NCBI GenBank assembly: GCA_951812945.1
Contig: CATOTB010000001.1
Location: 488,198-552,197, forward strand
Direction of reading: 5' to 3'
From: Candidatus Dadabacteria bacterium
Lineage (GTDB): Bacteria; Desulfobacterota_D; UBA1144; Nemesobacterales; Nemesobacteraceae
Length of the DNA stretch: 64,000 bases
Shown here: piece after piece, positions 46,253-55,461 of the stretch
How the letters are laid out: every line of letters starts with the position of its first letter
How positions within the stretch are numbered: the first letter of the stretch is position 1
Made by a program: the position numbers and the translations under genes
The notes under the pieces: model-generated
Told to the model about the DNA's origin: nothing
Database searches by the model: none
The model's input: the letters and a program-made list of their open reading frames with translations, nothing else

Positions 46253-48379
46253 GTGCCAAAGAATTCTCTTAAAGGACTTAACTCTTCCCAGATAGATGCC
46301 GTGAGCCACGGAGAAGGTTCTCTGCTGGTGCTTGCGGGTCCAGGCTCGGGGAAAACCAGAGTCATAGCCCACCGAATCGCCTACCTGCTGAACGATCTTT
46401 CTGTTCCTCCCGGAAATATTCTGGCCGTTACTTTTACCAACAAGGCAGCCGCTGAGATGAAGAAAAGAGCGGGAGAACTGGCGGGCGATCGGACAAGCGG
46501 TATCTGGATCGGCACCTTCCACTCGATCTGTCTTCGAATTCTCAAAATAGAGGCGGATTTTCTTGAGGGCTACACGAAGGATTTTGTCGTCTACGACCAG
46601 AACGATCAGCTCGGTCTCATAAAAAGCTGCATGAAGGAACTTGACTACGGGGAGAGCCTTTTTTCGCCCAAGGGCGTGCTTTCCGAATTTGACGCCGTTG
46701 AGAACCGAGGAGAGGTGTTTTTCAAGGATGATTTTTACGGCCGCGCTCTTAGGGAACTTTATGATTTCTGCAAAAGCGAGCTCATAAAGCGAAACGCCAT
46801 GACTTTTAACGATCTGCTTCGCCTTGCGAATAAACTTCTTTCTGAAAACGAGGAAGTCCGCTCCCGCTACCAGGACAGGTTCTCTCACATACTTGTCGAC
46901 GAGTATCAGGACACGAACGTTGCTCAGTACAGCTTCGTAAAAACCCTCTCCCAGCGTCACCGAAGCCTTTTCGTGGTGGGCGATGACAGCCAGTCGATTT
47001 ACGGGTGGAGAGGGGCCGACATAAACAATATCTTGAACTTCGAGAGAGATTTTTCGGGGGCCAGGGTTGTTAAGCTTGAGCGCAACTATCGCTCGACGTC
47101 CACCATACTTGGCATAGCGAACTCGGTGGCAAGTAAAAACCTCGGTAGAAAGGAGAAAAATCTCTGGACCGAGAACTCAGAGGGAGAAAAAGCCGTGGTT
47201 TTCAGGGCTGGCGACAATGCGGATGAGGCGCGGTTTTTGGCGGAGCGGATTTCTCATCTGGTCGAGTCCGGGGGTTTTTCCTGGGGCGATGTGGGGGTTT
47301 TTTACAGGGCTAACTTTCAGTCAAGGGTAATTGAGGAGGGACTAAGAGCCGGGAGAATCCCCTACAGGATAGTATCGGGAGTCGGCTTTTATCAGAGGGC
47401 CGAAATAAAGGACATAGTTGCCTACCTGCGGCTGATTCAGAACTCGAGGGACGACGTAAGTTTTGAGAGAATAGTAAATGTTCCGCCGAGAAAAATAGGG
47501 GGAGCCACGCTTCAGAAATTGCGCGGAGTTTCGGAAGTGGGCGGATTCCCTCTTCTCGAAGCGATTGAATACTGCCAGGAGCAGAAGCTTCTCTCAAGCC
47601 GTGCGCTCGGCGCGCTCTCCCGGTTTCTTGACATCGTAAAGGAGCTTCGCTCGGCGGCGGAAAGCCAGCCTGCGGCTGGGGTTATCAAGAGGCTTGTTGA
47701 GCGCACCGGTTATCTGGATTACCTCGGGGAGGATCACCAAAGGGCGGAAAACGTGAAAGAACTCTTAAAAGCGGCTGAGGGCTTGGGGGATATGATCCTT
47801 TCTGATTTTCTCGACCTCGTGCTGCTCGCTACGGACGAGGACAGGGAGGACTCTGGAGAGGAAAAAGTTTCCCTGATGACAATTCACGCGGCCAAGGGGC
47901 TTGAGTTCCCCGTGGTGTTTGTGGTCGGGATAAACGAAGATTTGCTTCCCCACTATAGATCCGCAGGCACTCTTGAAGGACTTGAGGAAGAGAGAAGGCT
48001 TTTCTATGTAGCGATTACCCGCGCCAAGCGCCTGCTTTACCTCAGTTACGCTTCCCAAAAGACTGCTTCGAGTGGCGCATACAGTAGTGCTCGCGGGTCG
48101 GTTTTTCTGGATGACCTACCGCCGGAGCATGTAGTCTACGAATCCCGCAGGAAAGAAATTTCCGATAGGGGCTCCGACCGCTCTGCCGGTTCGTCCCCAC
48201 CCCCGCAAGAGTTTTGGGACGAAGGTAAAAGCTTAAAACCCGGCCAGAGGGTTACACACCACATCTTCGGTCCCGGGGTCATTAAACGGATTGAGGGTAA
48301 GGGAAATGAGGTAGTGGTCACGGTTGATTTTTTCGGCGCTGGCGTGAAAAAAATCGTTGCGAGTTATTTTACCGCCTAG
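46253..48379 (+). CDS. UvrD/PcrA/Rep-family ATP-dependent DNA helicase
   Basis: Walker A GPGSGKT, UvrD motifs throughout, C-terminal Tudor-like tail; start moved to GTG 46253 because the track ORF overlaps the tRNA. Confidence 0.88.
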   Translation: MPKNSLKGLNSSQIDAVSHGEGSLLVLAGPGSGKTRVIAHRIAYLLNDLSVPPGNILAVTFTNKAAAEMKKRAGELAGDRTSGIWIGTFHSICLRILKIEADFLEGYTKDFVVYDQNDQLGLIKSCMKELDYGESLFSPKGVLSEFDAVENRGEVFFKDDFYGRALRELYDFCKSELIKRNAMTFNDLLRLANKLLSENEEVRSRYQDRFSHILVDEYQDTNVAQYSFVKTLSQRHRSLFVVGDDSQSIYGWRGADINNILNFERDFSGARVVKLERNYRSTSTILGIANSVASKNLGRKEKNLWTENSEGEKAVVFRAGDNADEARFLAERISHLVESGGFSWGDVGVFYRANFQSRVIEEGLRAGRIPYRIVSGVGFYQRAEIKDIVAYLRLIQNSRDDVSFERIVNVPPRKIGGATLQKLRGVSEVGGFPLLEAIEYCQEQKLLSSRALGALSRFLDIVKELRSAAESQPAAGVIKRLVERTGYLDYLGEDHQRAENVKELLKAAEGLGDMILSDFLDLVLLATDEDREDSGEEKVSLMTIHAAKGLEFPVVFVVGINEDLLPHYRSAGTLEGLEEERRLFYVAITRAKRLLYLSYASQKTASSGAYSSARGSVFLDDLPPEHVVYESRRKEISDRGSDRSAGSSPPPQEFWDEGKSLKPGQRVTHHIFGPGVIKRIEGKGNEVVVTVDFFGAGVKKIVASYFTA

Positions 48380-49851
48380 GAGAGGCAGCTCACGACGAGG
48401 TTTTTGGCCCACTCGGGAGAATCCGCCGCGTAGCTCTCACACCCGGGCTGATCCGAGAAGGGATTCTCGAAGATCCTTCTTACTTTTTCTATCTCCGAAT
48501 AGTCTCCCTGTTCCAGAGCCTCCCTTATTGCGGTCTCCGTTATATGGTTTCTCAAGACGTACCTTGGATTGACGGAATCCATGCGCTTCTTTCTCTCGGG
48601 ATCAGGAAGCGAATTTTCCCTGAGTTCCCCGGCGTACTCACGGAACCACTGCTGCCATCGCTCTGAAGTTTCTGAGAGCTCCAAGAGCCACGGGTTTTCC
48701 CCGAAAGAACCGTCGCGCCTTACATCCGAGATGTTTCGAAGGAAGATATGGTAGTCTGTTTTGAATTCGGCGAGCACCCCTAGAGTCTTTTCGATGAACC
48801 GCAGGGATTCCTTTTTTTCCTTTTCAAAACCGAACTTGCGCAGCATGAGTTCTCTGTAGCTCTCGGAGAACGCCTTGTTGTAGGTCTCAATCGCGTTTAT
48901 GGCCTGTTCTTCGCCCGCAAGGCCGTCGAGGCATTTTGTGAATTTCTCAAGGTTCCACCGCGCGATTGCGGGCTGGTTTCCGTAGCTGTACCTGCCGAAA
49001 TGATCCGAGTGGTTTGAGACGTGATCCCTGTCGAACGTCTCGAGGAATCCGTACGGTCCGTAATCAATGGTAAGGCCCGTTACGGACATGTTGTCGGTGT
49101 TCATTACGCCGTGGGTGAAGCCGAAAGCCTGCCACTTTGCGATCGTGGAAGCCGTTTTTTCGGCCATTGCGGACAAAAAGAGCCCGTAGCCTTCCTCTGC
49201 TTGGCGGGGAATCTCGGGGTAATGGCGGGCGATTACGTAATCCGCAAGCGCCCGGACGTTTTCCGGTTCCCCCCGGTGATAAAAGCCTTCAAAAGAACCG
49301 AAACGCACGTGAGTTTCCGCGACCCGCAACATCATCGCGGCGGGTTCCCTGGTTTCCCTCTCGATTTTCTCCGTGCTTCCCACCACGCAGAGCGCCCTTG
49401 TGGACGGAATTCCCAGATGATGGAGAGCTTCGCTCCCGAGATACTCTCTTATGGAAGATCTGAGCGTTGCTCTTCCGTCAAAGCCTCTTGAAAATCTTGT
49501 GGTTCCGCACCCCTTGAGGTGAAGATCCCATCTGCGGTTGCGCTCGTCGATTATCTGCCCGAGCAGAAGCGCCCTTCCGTCTCCAAGGTGAGGGTTATAG
49601 ACCCCGAACTGCCACCCGGCGTAGTACATTGCGAGGGGGTCTGCGCCCGCAAGGGGTTTTTTTCCGCAGAGATACTCGGCCAGAAGGGGGTTTTGTTTTT
49701 CGCCGGAGTCTATGCCGAGTTCGTCGGCTAGGTTTTCATTGAACGCAACCACATGGGGGCTTTCAAAGGGGACAGGGTCTTTTTTCTGGTAGAACTCTGA
49801 CGGCAATTCCGCGTAAGCGTTTTCAAAGCGAAGGTTCGTTATTTTCCTCAT
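48376..49851 (-). CDS. selO: protein adenylyltransferase SelO (YdiU/UPF0061)
   Basis: full-length SelO family pattern, 491 aa. Confidence 0.82.
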   Translation of the reverse strand: MRKITNLRFENAYAELPSEFYQKKDPVPFESPHVVAFNENLADELGIDSGEKQNPLLAEYLCGKKPLAGADPLAMYYAGWQFGVYNPHLGDGRALLLGQIIDERNRRWDLHLKGCGTTRFSRGFDGRATLRSSIREYLGSEALHHLGIPSTRALCVVGSTEKIERETREPAAMMLRVAETHVRFGSFEGFYHRGEPENVRALADYVIARHYPEIPRQAEEGYGLFLSAMAEKTASTIAKWQAFGFTHGVMNTDNMSVTGLTIDYGPYGFLETFDRDHVSNHSDHFGRYSYGNQPAIARWNLEKFTKCLDGLAGEEQAINAIETYNKAFSESYRELMLRKFGFEKEKKESLRFIEKTLGVLAEFKTDYHIFLRNISDVRRDGSFGENPWLLELSETSERWQQWFREYAGELRENSLPDPERKKRMDSVNPRYVLRNHITETAIREALEQGDYSEIEKVRRIFENPFSDQPGCESYAADSPEWAKNLVVSCLS

Positions 49852-49978
49852 GTCGGGGCGTCTTCTGCCGCTTCGTTACCAAATTACGGAGGATTGAGGA
49901 ACTGGGGAAATCCTCGCACCCAGCCGTGGAATACCCGCCGGTCCCTGTAAATGAAGTATAATGTTTTCTGGAGAGAGT

Positions 49979-50263
49979 ATGAAATACAGAAAAAACAAGA
50001 TAAAAACCGAACATTCGATAATAAAGGGACTTCGCCGTTTTCTTGAAGATAATGTCTCGGGCCTTGACCACGTGACGGGAATTATTCCCGGGGAAATAAA
50101 GGTGGGTCGCGCCACGGGGGAGAATCTCGCGGTGAGCTACAAGTACAACACCCTAAGCGGGGCCAAGCTCATAGCGAGAAGCGGAACCTCGGTGCAGGAG
50201 GTATTCATTATCACTAAAAACCCCGAGGAACTGAAAACGGTTATAGAGCTTTCAGGCAAATGA
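49979..50263 (+). CDS. small hypothetical protein
   Basis: ORF with GGAGAG RBS before ATG 49979. Confidence 0.35.
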   Translation: MKYRKNKIKTEHSIIKGLRRFLEDNVSGLDHVTGIIPGEIKVGRATGENLAVSYKYNTLSGAKLIARSGTSVQEVFIITKNPEELKTVIELSGK

Positions 50264-53200
50264 GCTTTCCCTGAGGGTCACCGCTCCTTGACCGAGCAGA
50301 CCTTCAACGTTTTCTATAAGCTTATTCCCTAAGTCAACCTTGCAGTTTCCGACCCTCAAAACGGCCTCTGAGCGGTCGGTTTTAATGTTTATTATCACGG
50401 TTGAGTTTCCTGGGAACTTCTCAAGAATTTCTCTCAGGCTGAGTATGTTCTGCTCGCTTGCGGATTCACGCGCGATACTTATGCAGACGGCAGAGTTCGT
50501 TCTGGCTTCTTTTAGCGAAGAAATGTCGCTTGCGAGAAGACGCACCTTTTCATCCGAGACCTCCACCCTTCCTTTTACCACTACCGGCTCGACCTTCTGC
50601 TCCAGAAGCACTCGCGATCTCTGCAGGGCGTCATTAAAAACGATTGCTTCTGTGAACCCGTTTAGATCTTCGAGGGTCAGATAGCCGATAAAGCTGGTTC
50701 CTTTCCTGGTGTTTTTGATTTCGATCGATCTCACCACCCCGGCAATTCTCACCTCAGAACCGTCTTTTGCCTGCTTTATGGATTCGGTGTCGTGAAGAGG
50801 GCTGTATTTTTCAAGCTCCAAAGAGTATTTTTGAAGCGGGTGGGAGGATATGAAGAACCCGAGCACGTCAAGCTCGTTCTCAAGCCTGATGCGGTCGTCC
50901 CACGGTTCGCTTTCCTCAAGCGTCGGAGCGGACACGGAATTTGGGAGGTCAAACAGCATTCCCTGCCCGTTTGTCGGCGTGTGATGTTTTATGGAGTTAT
51001 ACTCGAGCAGAGACTCGCGGGAAGCAAACAACCGCGCCCTGCTCGGTTCGAGGGAATCGAAAGCGCCCCCCATCACCAGGCTTTCAAACGCCTTTTTGTT
51101 AAGATTTTTTGAATTCACTCTGGCGCAGAAGTCGGTAACGGATTCGAACACCCCGTCTTTTTCCCTGGTTCTGACTATTTCCTCTATCAGGCTGTTGCCG
51201 ACGTATTTGATCGCCGTGAACCCGAACAGTATTTTCCCTTCTGAAACCGTGAATCCCGAGCAGCTGCGGTTTATGTCCGGCTGCAGCACGTCGATTCCGA
51301 GCCTTCTGCACTCGGTTATGCCGGAGATTACCTTGTCCATGTTATGTGCCTCGACGGACATGAAGGCCGCCATGAATTCCGCCGGGTAGTGCGACTTGAG
51401 GTAGGCCGTCTGGTAGGTGATCATGGCGTAGGCGGCGCTGTGACTTTTGTTAAAGGAGTATTCGGCGAACTTTTCCATAGTGTCGAAAAGCTCGGCGGCT
51501 TTTTTGGGCTCGATGTCTTTTTTCTCCGCTCCCGTGAGAAACCTTTTGCGCTGGGCTCTCATTTCGCTTGATTTTTTCTTGCCCATTGCCCTCCGGAGAA
51601 GGTCCGCTTCCCCCATGGTGAAACCCGCAAGCTCGCTTGCCGTCTGCATTATCTGCTCCTGGTAAACGAAAAGGCCGTAGGTCTCCCCAAGTATTTCCCG
51701 AAGCGCCGGGTGCGGGAAATCTACCTTTCTCCCGTTTTTTCTCTTGGTGAACTCATCCACCATGCCGCTGTCGAGGGGACCGGGACGGTAAAGCGCCAGA
51801 GCGGCCGTTATATCTTCGAAGTCCGCGGGGCGGAGTTTCGCGAGAAGGTCTTTCATCCCCGCGGATTCAACCTGGAATATTCCCATAGTCGCGCCTTCGC
51901 TCAGCAGGCTGTAGACCTTCGGGTCGTCAAGGGAAATTCTGTCCAGGTCGAATTCTTTTTCGTTCTTTTTCTGGTTTTCCCGAACGTACTTCACCGCCTT
52001 GTCGAGAATGGTAAGGGTCTTTAGGCCCAGGAAATCGAATTTCACGTAACCCAATTTCTCTATGGAGCTCATGTCGAACTGGGTTACGACCTCGTTTTTA
52101 CTTCCCCTGTAAAGGGGTATGTAGTCGGCCAACGGTTCGTTCGATATCACTACGCCCGCGGCGTGAGTCGAGGAATGGCGCACCATGTTCTCAAGCGATC
52201 TCGCAAGTTCCACCACTTCGGCGAGCTGCTTGTTCTCGGAAATACGCTCCTTTATTTCTTTTACCTTGCTCACGGCCTCCTCTATGCTGAACACCTTTCC
52301 CCGGAAAGAGGGAATCATTTTCGAGAGGCGGTCGACTTCCGCATACGGAAGTCCCAGGACTCTTCCCACGTCCTTTATCACGGCTTTTGAGGACATGGTT
52401 CCGAAGGTTCCTATCTGCGCCACCTTTTCCGCACCGTATTTCTCCGTCACGTATCTTATAACTTCGTCCCGGTGCTCCCCGCAGAAATCAACGTCTATGT
52501 CGGGCATGCTTATCCTTTCCGGATTCAGGAACCTCTCGAAAATAAGGTTGTGTCTTATTGGATCAAGCGCCGTTATGCCGAGGGCGTATGCGACCAGGCT
52601 CCCGGCGGCGCTTCCCCGCCCCGGTCCCACGGGGATATCGTTTTTCCTGGCGTGGAATATAAAGTCGGAGACCACCAGGAAATACGCGGAAAACCCCATC
52701 TTGCAGATGGTGTCAAGTTCGGAGTTAAGACGCTCCCGGTAGGCCTTGTGGTCCTCTTCTGGTATTTCGTTTTCCCGGAGTATTCTCTCGAGATTTTTGC
52801 CCGAAATCTCCCGCATGAATTCGTCGAGAGATTTTCCCTTCGGAGGGACGTATTCGGGAAATCTGTACCCGTCGCTTTTGAATTCGAAGTCGCAGCGCTC
52901 AGAAATTCTCACCGCCTCTTCAAGGGCATCCTCAAAGCCCTCCATGTCACGGGCCATCTCATCCCTGGTCTTAACGAAGAAGTCGTCGCTTTGGAACCTC
53001 ATTCTTTTCTGATCCGCCACCATGCTCCCTGTCTGGATGCACAGAAGCGCGTCGTGCGACTTGTAATCCTCCCTGGTGAGAAAATGACAGTCGTTGGTAG
53101 CGGCGAGCTTTATGCCGAGGCGCTCACCGATCCTGCGAAGCCCCCTGTTGATCCTGCGCTGCTCCTCAAGGGCGATTGCCTGGACTTCAAGATAGTAGCG

Positions 53201-53701
53201 GTCCCCGAATATCTCCTTGTAGATCGACGCGATTTTTGTCTGTTCCTTTAAGTCTTTTTTGAAAATTGCCTGGGAAAGTTCGCTGCTCATGCACCCGGAG
53301 AGGACTATGAGTCCCTCGTTGTGCTCAGAGAGCATCTCGTGATCCACGCGCGGGCGGCGGTAAAATCCCTCGAAGTATCCCTTAGTTACGAGCCTTGAGA
53401 GATTCCTGTACCCCTGCTCGTTCATGCAGAGCACCGTGAGGTGATAATTCTTCCCGTCAGAGGGTTTCTCAAGCTTAAGAGTGGGGGTTACGTAGAGCTC
53501 GCATCCTATTATGGGCTTTACGCCTCGGGCCTTGGCTTTTTCGAAAAACTCATACGCGCCGAAGAGGTTTCCGTGGTCAGTACAGGCAACGGCGGGCATG
53601 GAGTGGCGCTCGGCTCTTTCGATCAGTTCGTCGAACTTTATCGAACCGTCAAGGAGCGAATACTGCGAGTGTAGATGTAGGTGAACGAAGGAGTCTGCCA
53701 T
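50252..53701 (-). CDS. dnaE: DNA polymerase III alpha subunit
   Basis: 1149 aa; N-terminal PHP domain (HLHLHSQYSLLDG), polymerase core, OB domain. Confidence 0.93.
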   Translation of the reverse strand: MADSFVHLHLHSQYSLLDGSIKFDELIERAERHSMPAVACTDHGNLFGAYEFFEKAKARGVKPIIGCELYVTPTLKLEKPSDGKNYHLTVLCMNEQGYRNLSRLVTKGYFEGFYRRPRVDHEMLSEHNEGLIVLSGCMSSELSQAIFKKDLKEQTKIASIYKEIFGDRYYLEVQAIALEEQRRINRGLRRIGERLGIKLAATNDCHFLTREDYKSHDALLCIQTGSMVADQKRMRFQSDDFFVKTRDEMARDMEGFEDALEEAVRISERCDFEFKSDGYRFPEYVPPKGKSLDEFMREISGKNLERILRENEIPEEDHKAYRERLNSELDTICKMGFSAYFLVVSDFIFHARKNDIPVGPGRGSAAGSLVAYALGITALDPIRHNLIFERFLNPERISMPDIDVDFCGEHRDEVIRYVTEKYGAEKVAQIGTFGTMSSKAVIKDVGRVLGLPYAEVDRLSKMIPSFRGKVFSIEEAVSKVKEIKERISENKQLAEVVELARSLENMVRHSSTHAAGVVISNEPLADYIPLYRGSKNEVVTQFDMSSIEKLGYVKFDFLGLKTLTILDKAVKYVRENQKKNEKEFDLDRISLDDPKVYSLLSEGATMGIFQVESAGMKDLLAKLRPADFEDITAALALYRPGPLDSGMVDEFTKRKNGRKVDFPHPALREILGETYGLFVYQEQIMQTASELAGFTMGEADLLRRAMGKKKSSEMRAQRKRFLTGAEKKDIEPKKAAELFDTMEKFAEYSFNKSHSAAYAMITYQTAYLKSHYPAEFMAAFMSVEAHNMDKVISGITECRRLGIDVLQPDINRSCSGFTVSEGKILFGFTAIKYVGNSLIEEIVRTREKDGVFESVTDFCARVNSKNLNKKAFESLVMGGAFDSLEPSRARLFASRESLLEYNSIKHHTPTNGQGMLFDLPNSVSAPTLEESEPWDDRIRLENELDVLGFFISSHPLQKYSLELEKYSPLHDTESIKQAKDGSEVRIAGVVRSIEIKNTRKGTSFIGYLTLEDLNGFTEAIVFNDALQRSRVLLEQKVEPVVVKGRVEVSDEKVRLLASDISSLKEARTNSAVCISIARESASEQNILSLREILEKFPGNSTVIINIKTDRSEAVLRVGNCKVDLGNKLIENVEGLLGQGAVTLRESSFA

Positions 53702-53836
53702 TGCGGGTTTACAACATTAAATTATACATTTTCCTTCGGTTTCATCCAGTGGTGGAAGAAAATGACAACCGGGCTTTAATCAAGTAAATTAGAGAGTCCG
53801 GTTACGGACAAAACGGGTGGTTAAATCTTTTACGTC

Positions 53837-55373
53837 ATGCACGAGGAAACGGAGTTCAAGCTCTCCCTTTCGCCCGCAGTGGCGAATCGGATTTTGCGTT
53901 ACAAGGGACTCAGGCCCCACCGCAAGGGCCGCCGTGTAAAGCACCGTTTAGTAAGCACCTACTTCGATACTCCCCGCCACGCGCTAAGAAAATCCGAGAT
54001 AGTGCTTAGGGTGCGCGATAACGGCAAGGGCAGGGAACAGACTGTAAAGGCGCCGTTCCAGGGTCCCGCGGGCCTTCAGAATTTCCGTGAATGGACCGTG
54101 GCGGTAAACGGTGACTGTCCGAATCTTTGTGCCGTGGACGACCCTGCGCTCGCGCGCAAGCTCTCCCGCGGGCGTTACGAAAAGCGCCTAAGCCCTCTGT
54201 TCACCACTGACTTTGAGCGCGAAGCAGTTCGCATAAGGGTCCGGGGCACCGAATTCGAGCTTGCGGTTGATCAAGGGATCATTCGCGCCGAAACGCGCGG
54301 GGGGGACAGTTGAGGAACCCATATGCGAAGCGGAATTCGAACTGCTCTCAGGGGACCCGGCGCGGATGTTCGATGTGGCTCTTGAACTCTGCGAGGCTTA
54401 TGACATACGCCTCGGCCACCTTACCAAGGCGCAAAGGGGCTACGCACTCACGAGACCGGCGCTCCGTCCCAGACCCTGCAAGGCCCCGAAGGTTGTGCTC
54501 ACGGAGGAGATGAGCGTAGGAAAGGCGTTTAACTTCATCATTGCCGGCGCGCTTGAGCACATGTTTGCAAACGAGACCCCGACCCTGGAGGGAAGGGCGG
54601 AGGGGGTCCACCAGACGAGGGTGGCCATGAGGCGCGTGCGCGCGGCGCTTCGGGCTTTCAAGAGAATACTTCCGTACGACAAGCGAAAGGCGTTTAACGG
54701 AGAGTTCCGCTGGTTCCAGCAACGACTGGCCCCGGCCCGCGACTGGCAGGTCTTTTTGAGCGAAACGCTTCCAAAGATAGCCGCTGCCGCTCCCGAGCAG
54801 GAAGAAGCGATAAAGCGCCTTCGGCGCATCGCGCGCGCCGAGCGCCGCCGCGCCGTGGGAGACGCTGCCGCTTACCTTGATAGCCGCCGCTACGCCCGGC
54901 TGCTTCTTCAGTTCGAGCGATGGATCGCGTCTGTGGAGAAGGAGGTCGGCTCAAAGACTTTCGACGAGCCCGTAAAGCCGTTTGCAAGAAGCGTCCTCAG
55001 GAGAACGTGGCGCTATTTCCTTGAGGATACGAGGCCTCTTTCACGCCTTCCTGACGAGGATCTTCACGAAATAAGAAAACGGGGGAAAAAGGCCCGCTAC
55101 GCAACGCAGTTTTTCAACTCGCTCTGGACCGGTTCCCGGGTTCCGCCCTTCATGAAGCTCATGGGACGCTTCCAGGACAGCCTTGGAAAGACAAATGACG
55201 CGATAGTGGCGCGGCACATCCTGGCGGCGGTTAAGCCGGGGAGGCTCGATCCCTCGGTAATCCATCTTGCGCAGGAGTGGTCCCAGGCCCGGGTGAGAAA
55301 ATGCCTTCGCACGGCGCAGCCGCAGTGGAGGCGCCTCGGGAGAGTTGCGCCGTTTTGGGAGGCGGCGGAGTGA
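53837..55373 (+). CDS. CYTH-CHAD domain protein interrupted by a frameshift in a G7 tract (two ORFs: 53837-54313 and 54261-55373)
   Basis: the CYTH domain continues across the frame change (…AVDQGIIRAETRGG | TVEEPICEAEFELLSGD…); CHAD domain in the second ORF. Confidence 0.6.
54299..54305 (+). repeat. homopolymeric G7 tract at the CYTH-CHAD frameshift site
   Basis: read directly. Confidence 0.7.
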
Positions 55374-55461
55374 GTCCCGCTTTTCACGTGGAGAAGAATT
55401 ATGTAAACTCACGGATTGTGGGTGTTAAGACGCTGTATGTTGTTTCCCCAGGAGGTTACAG

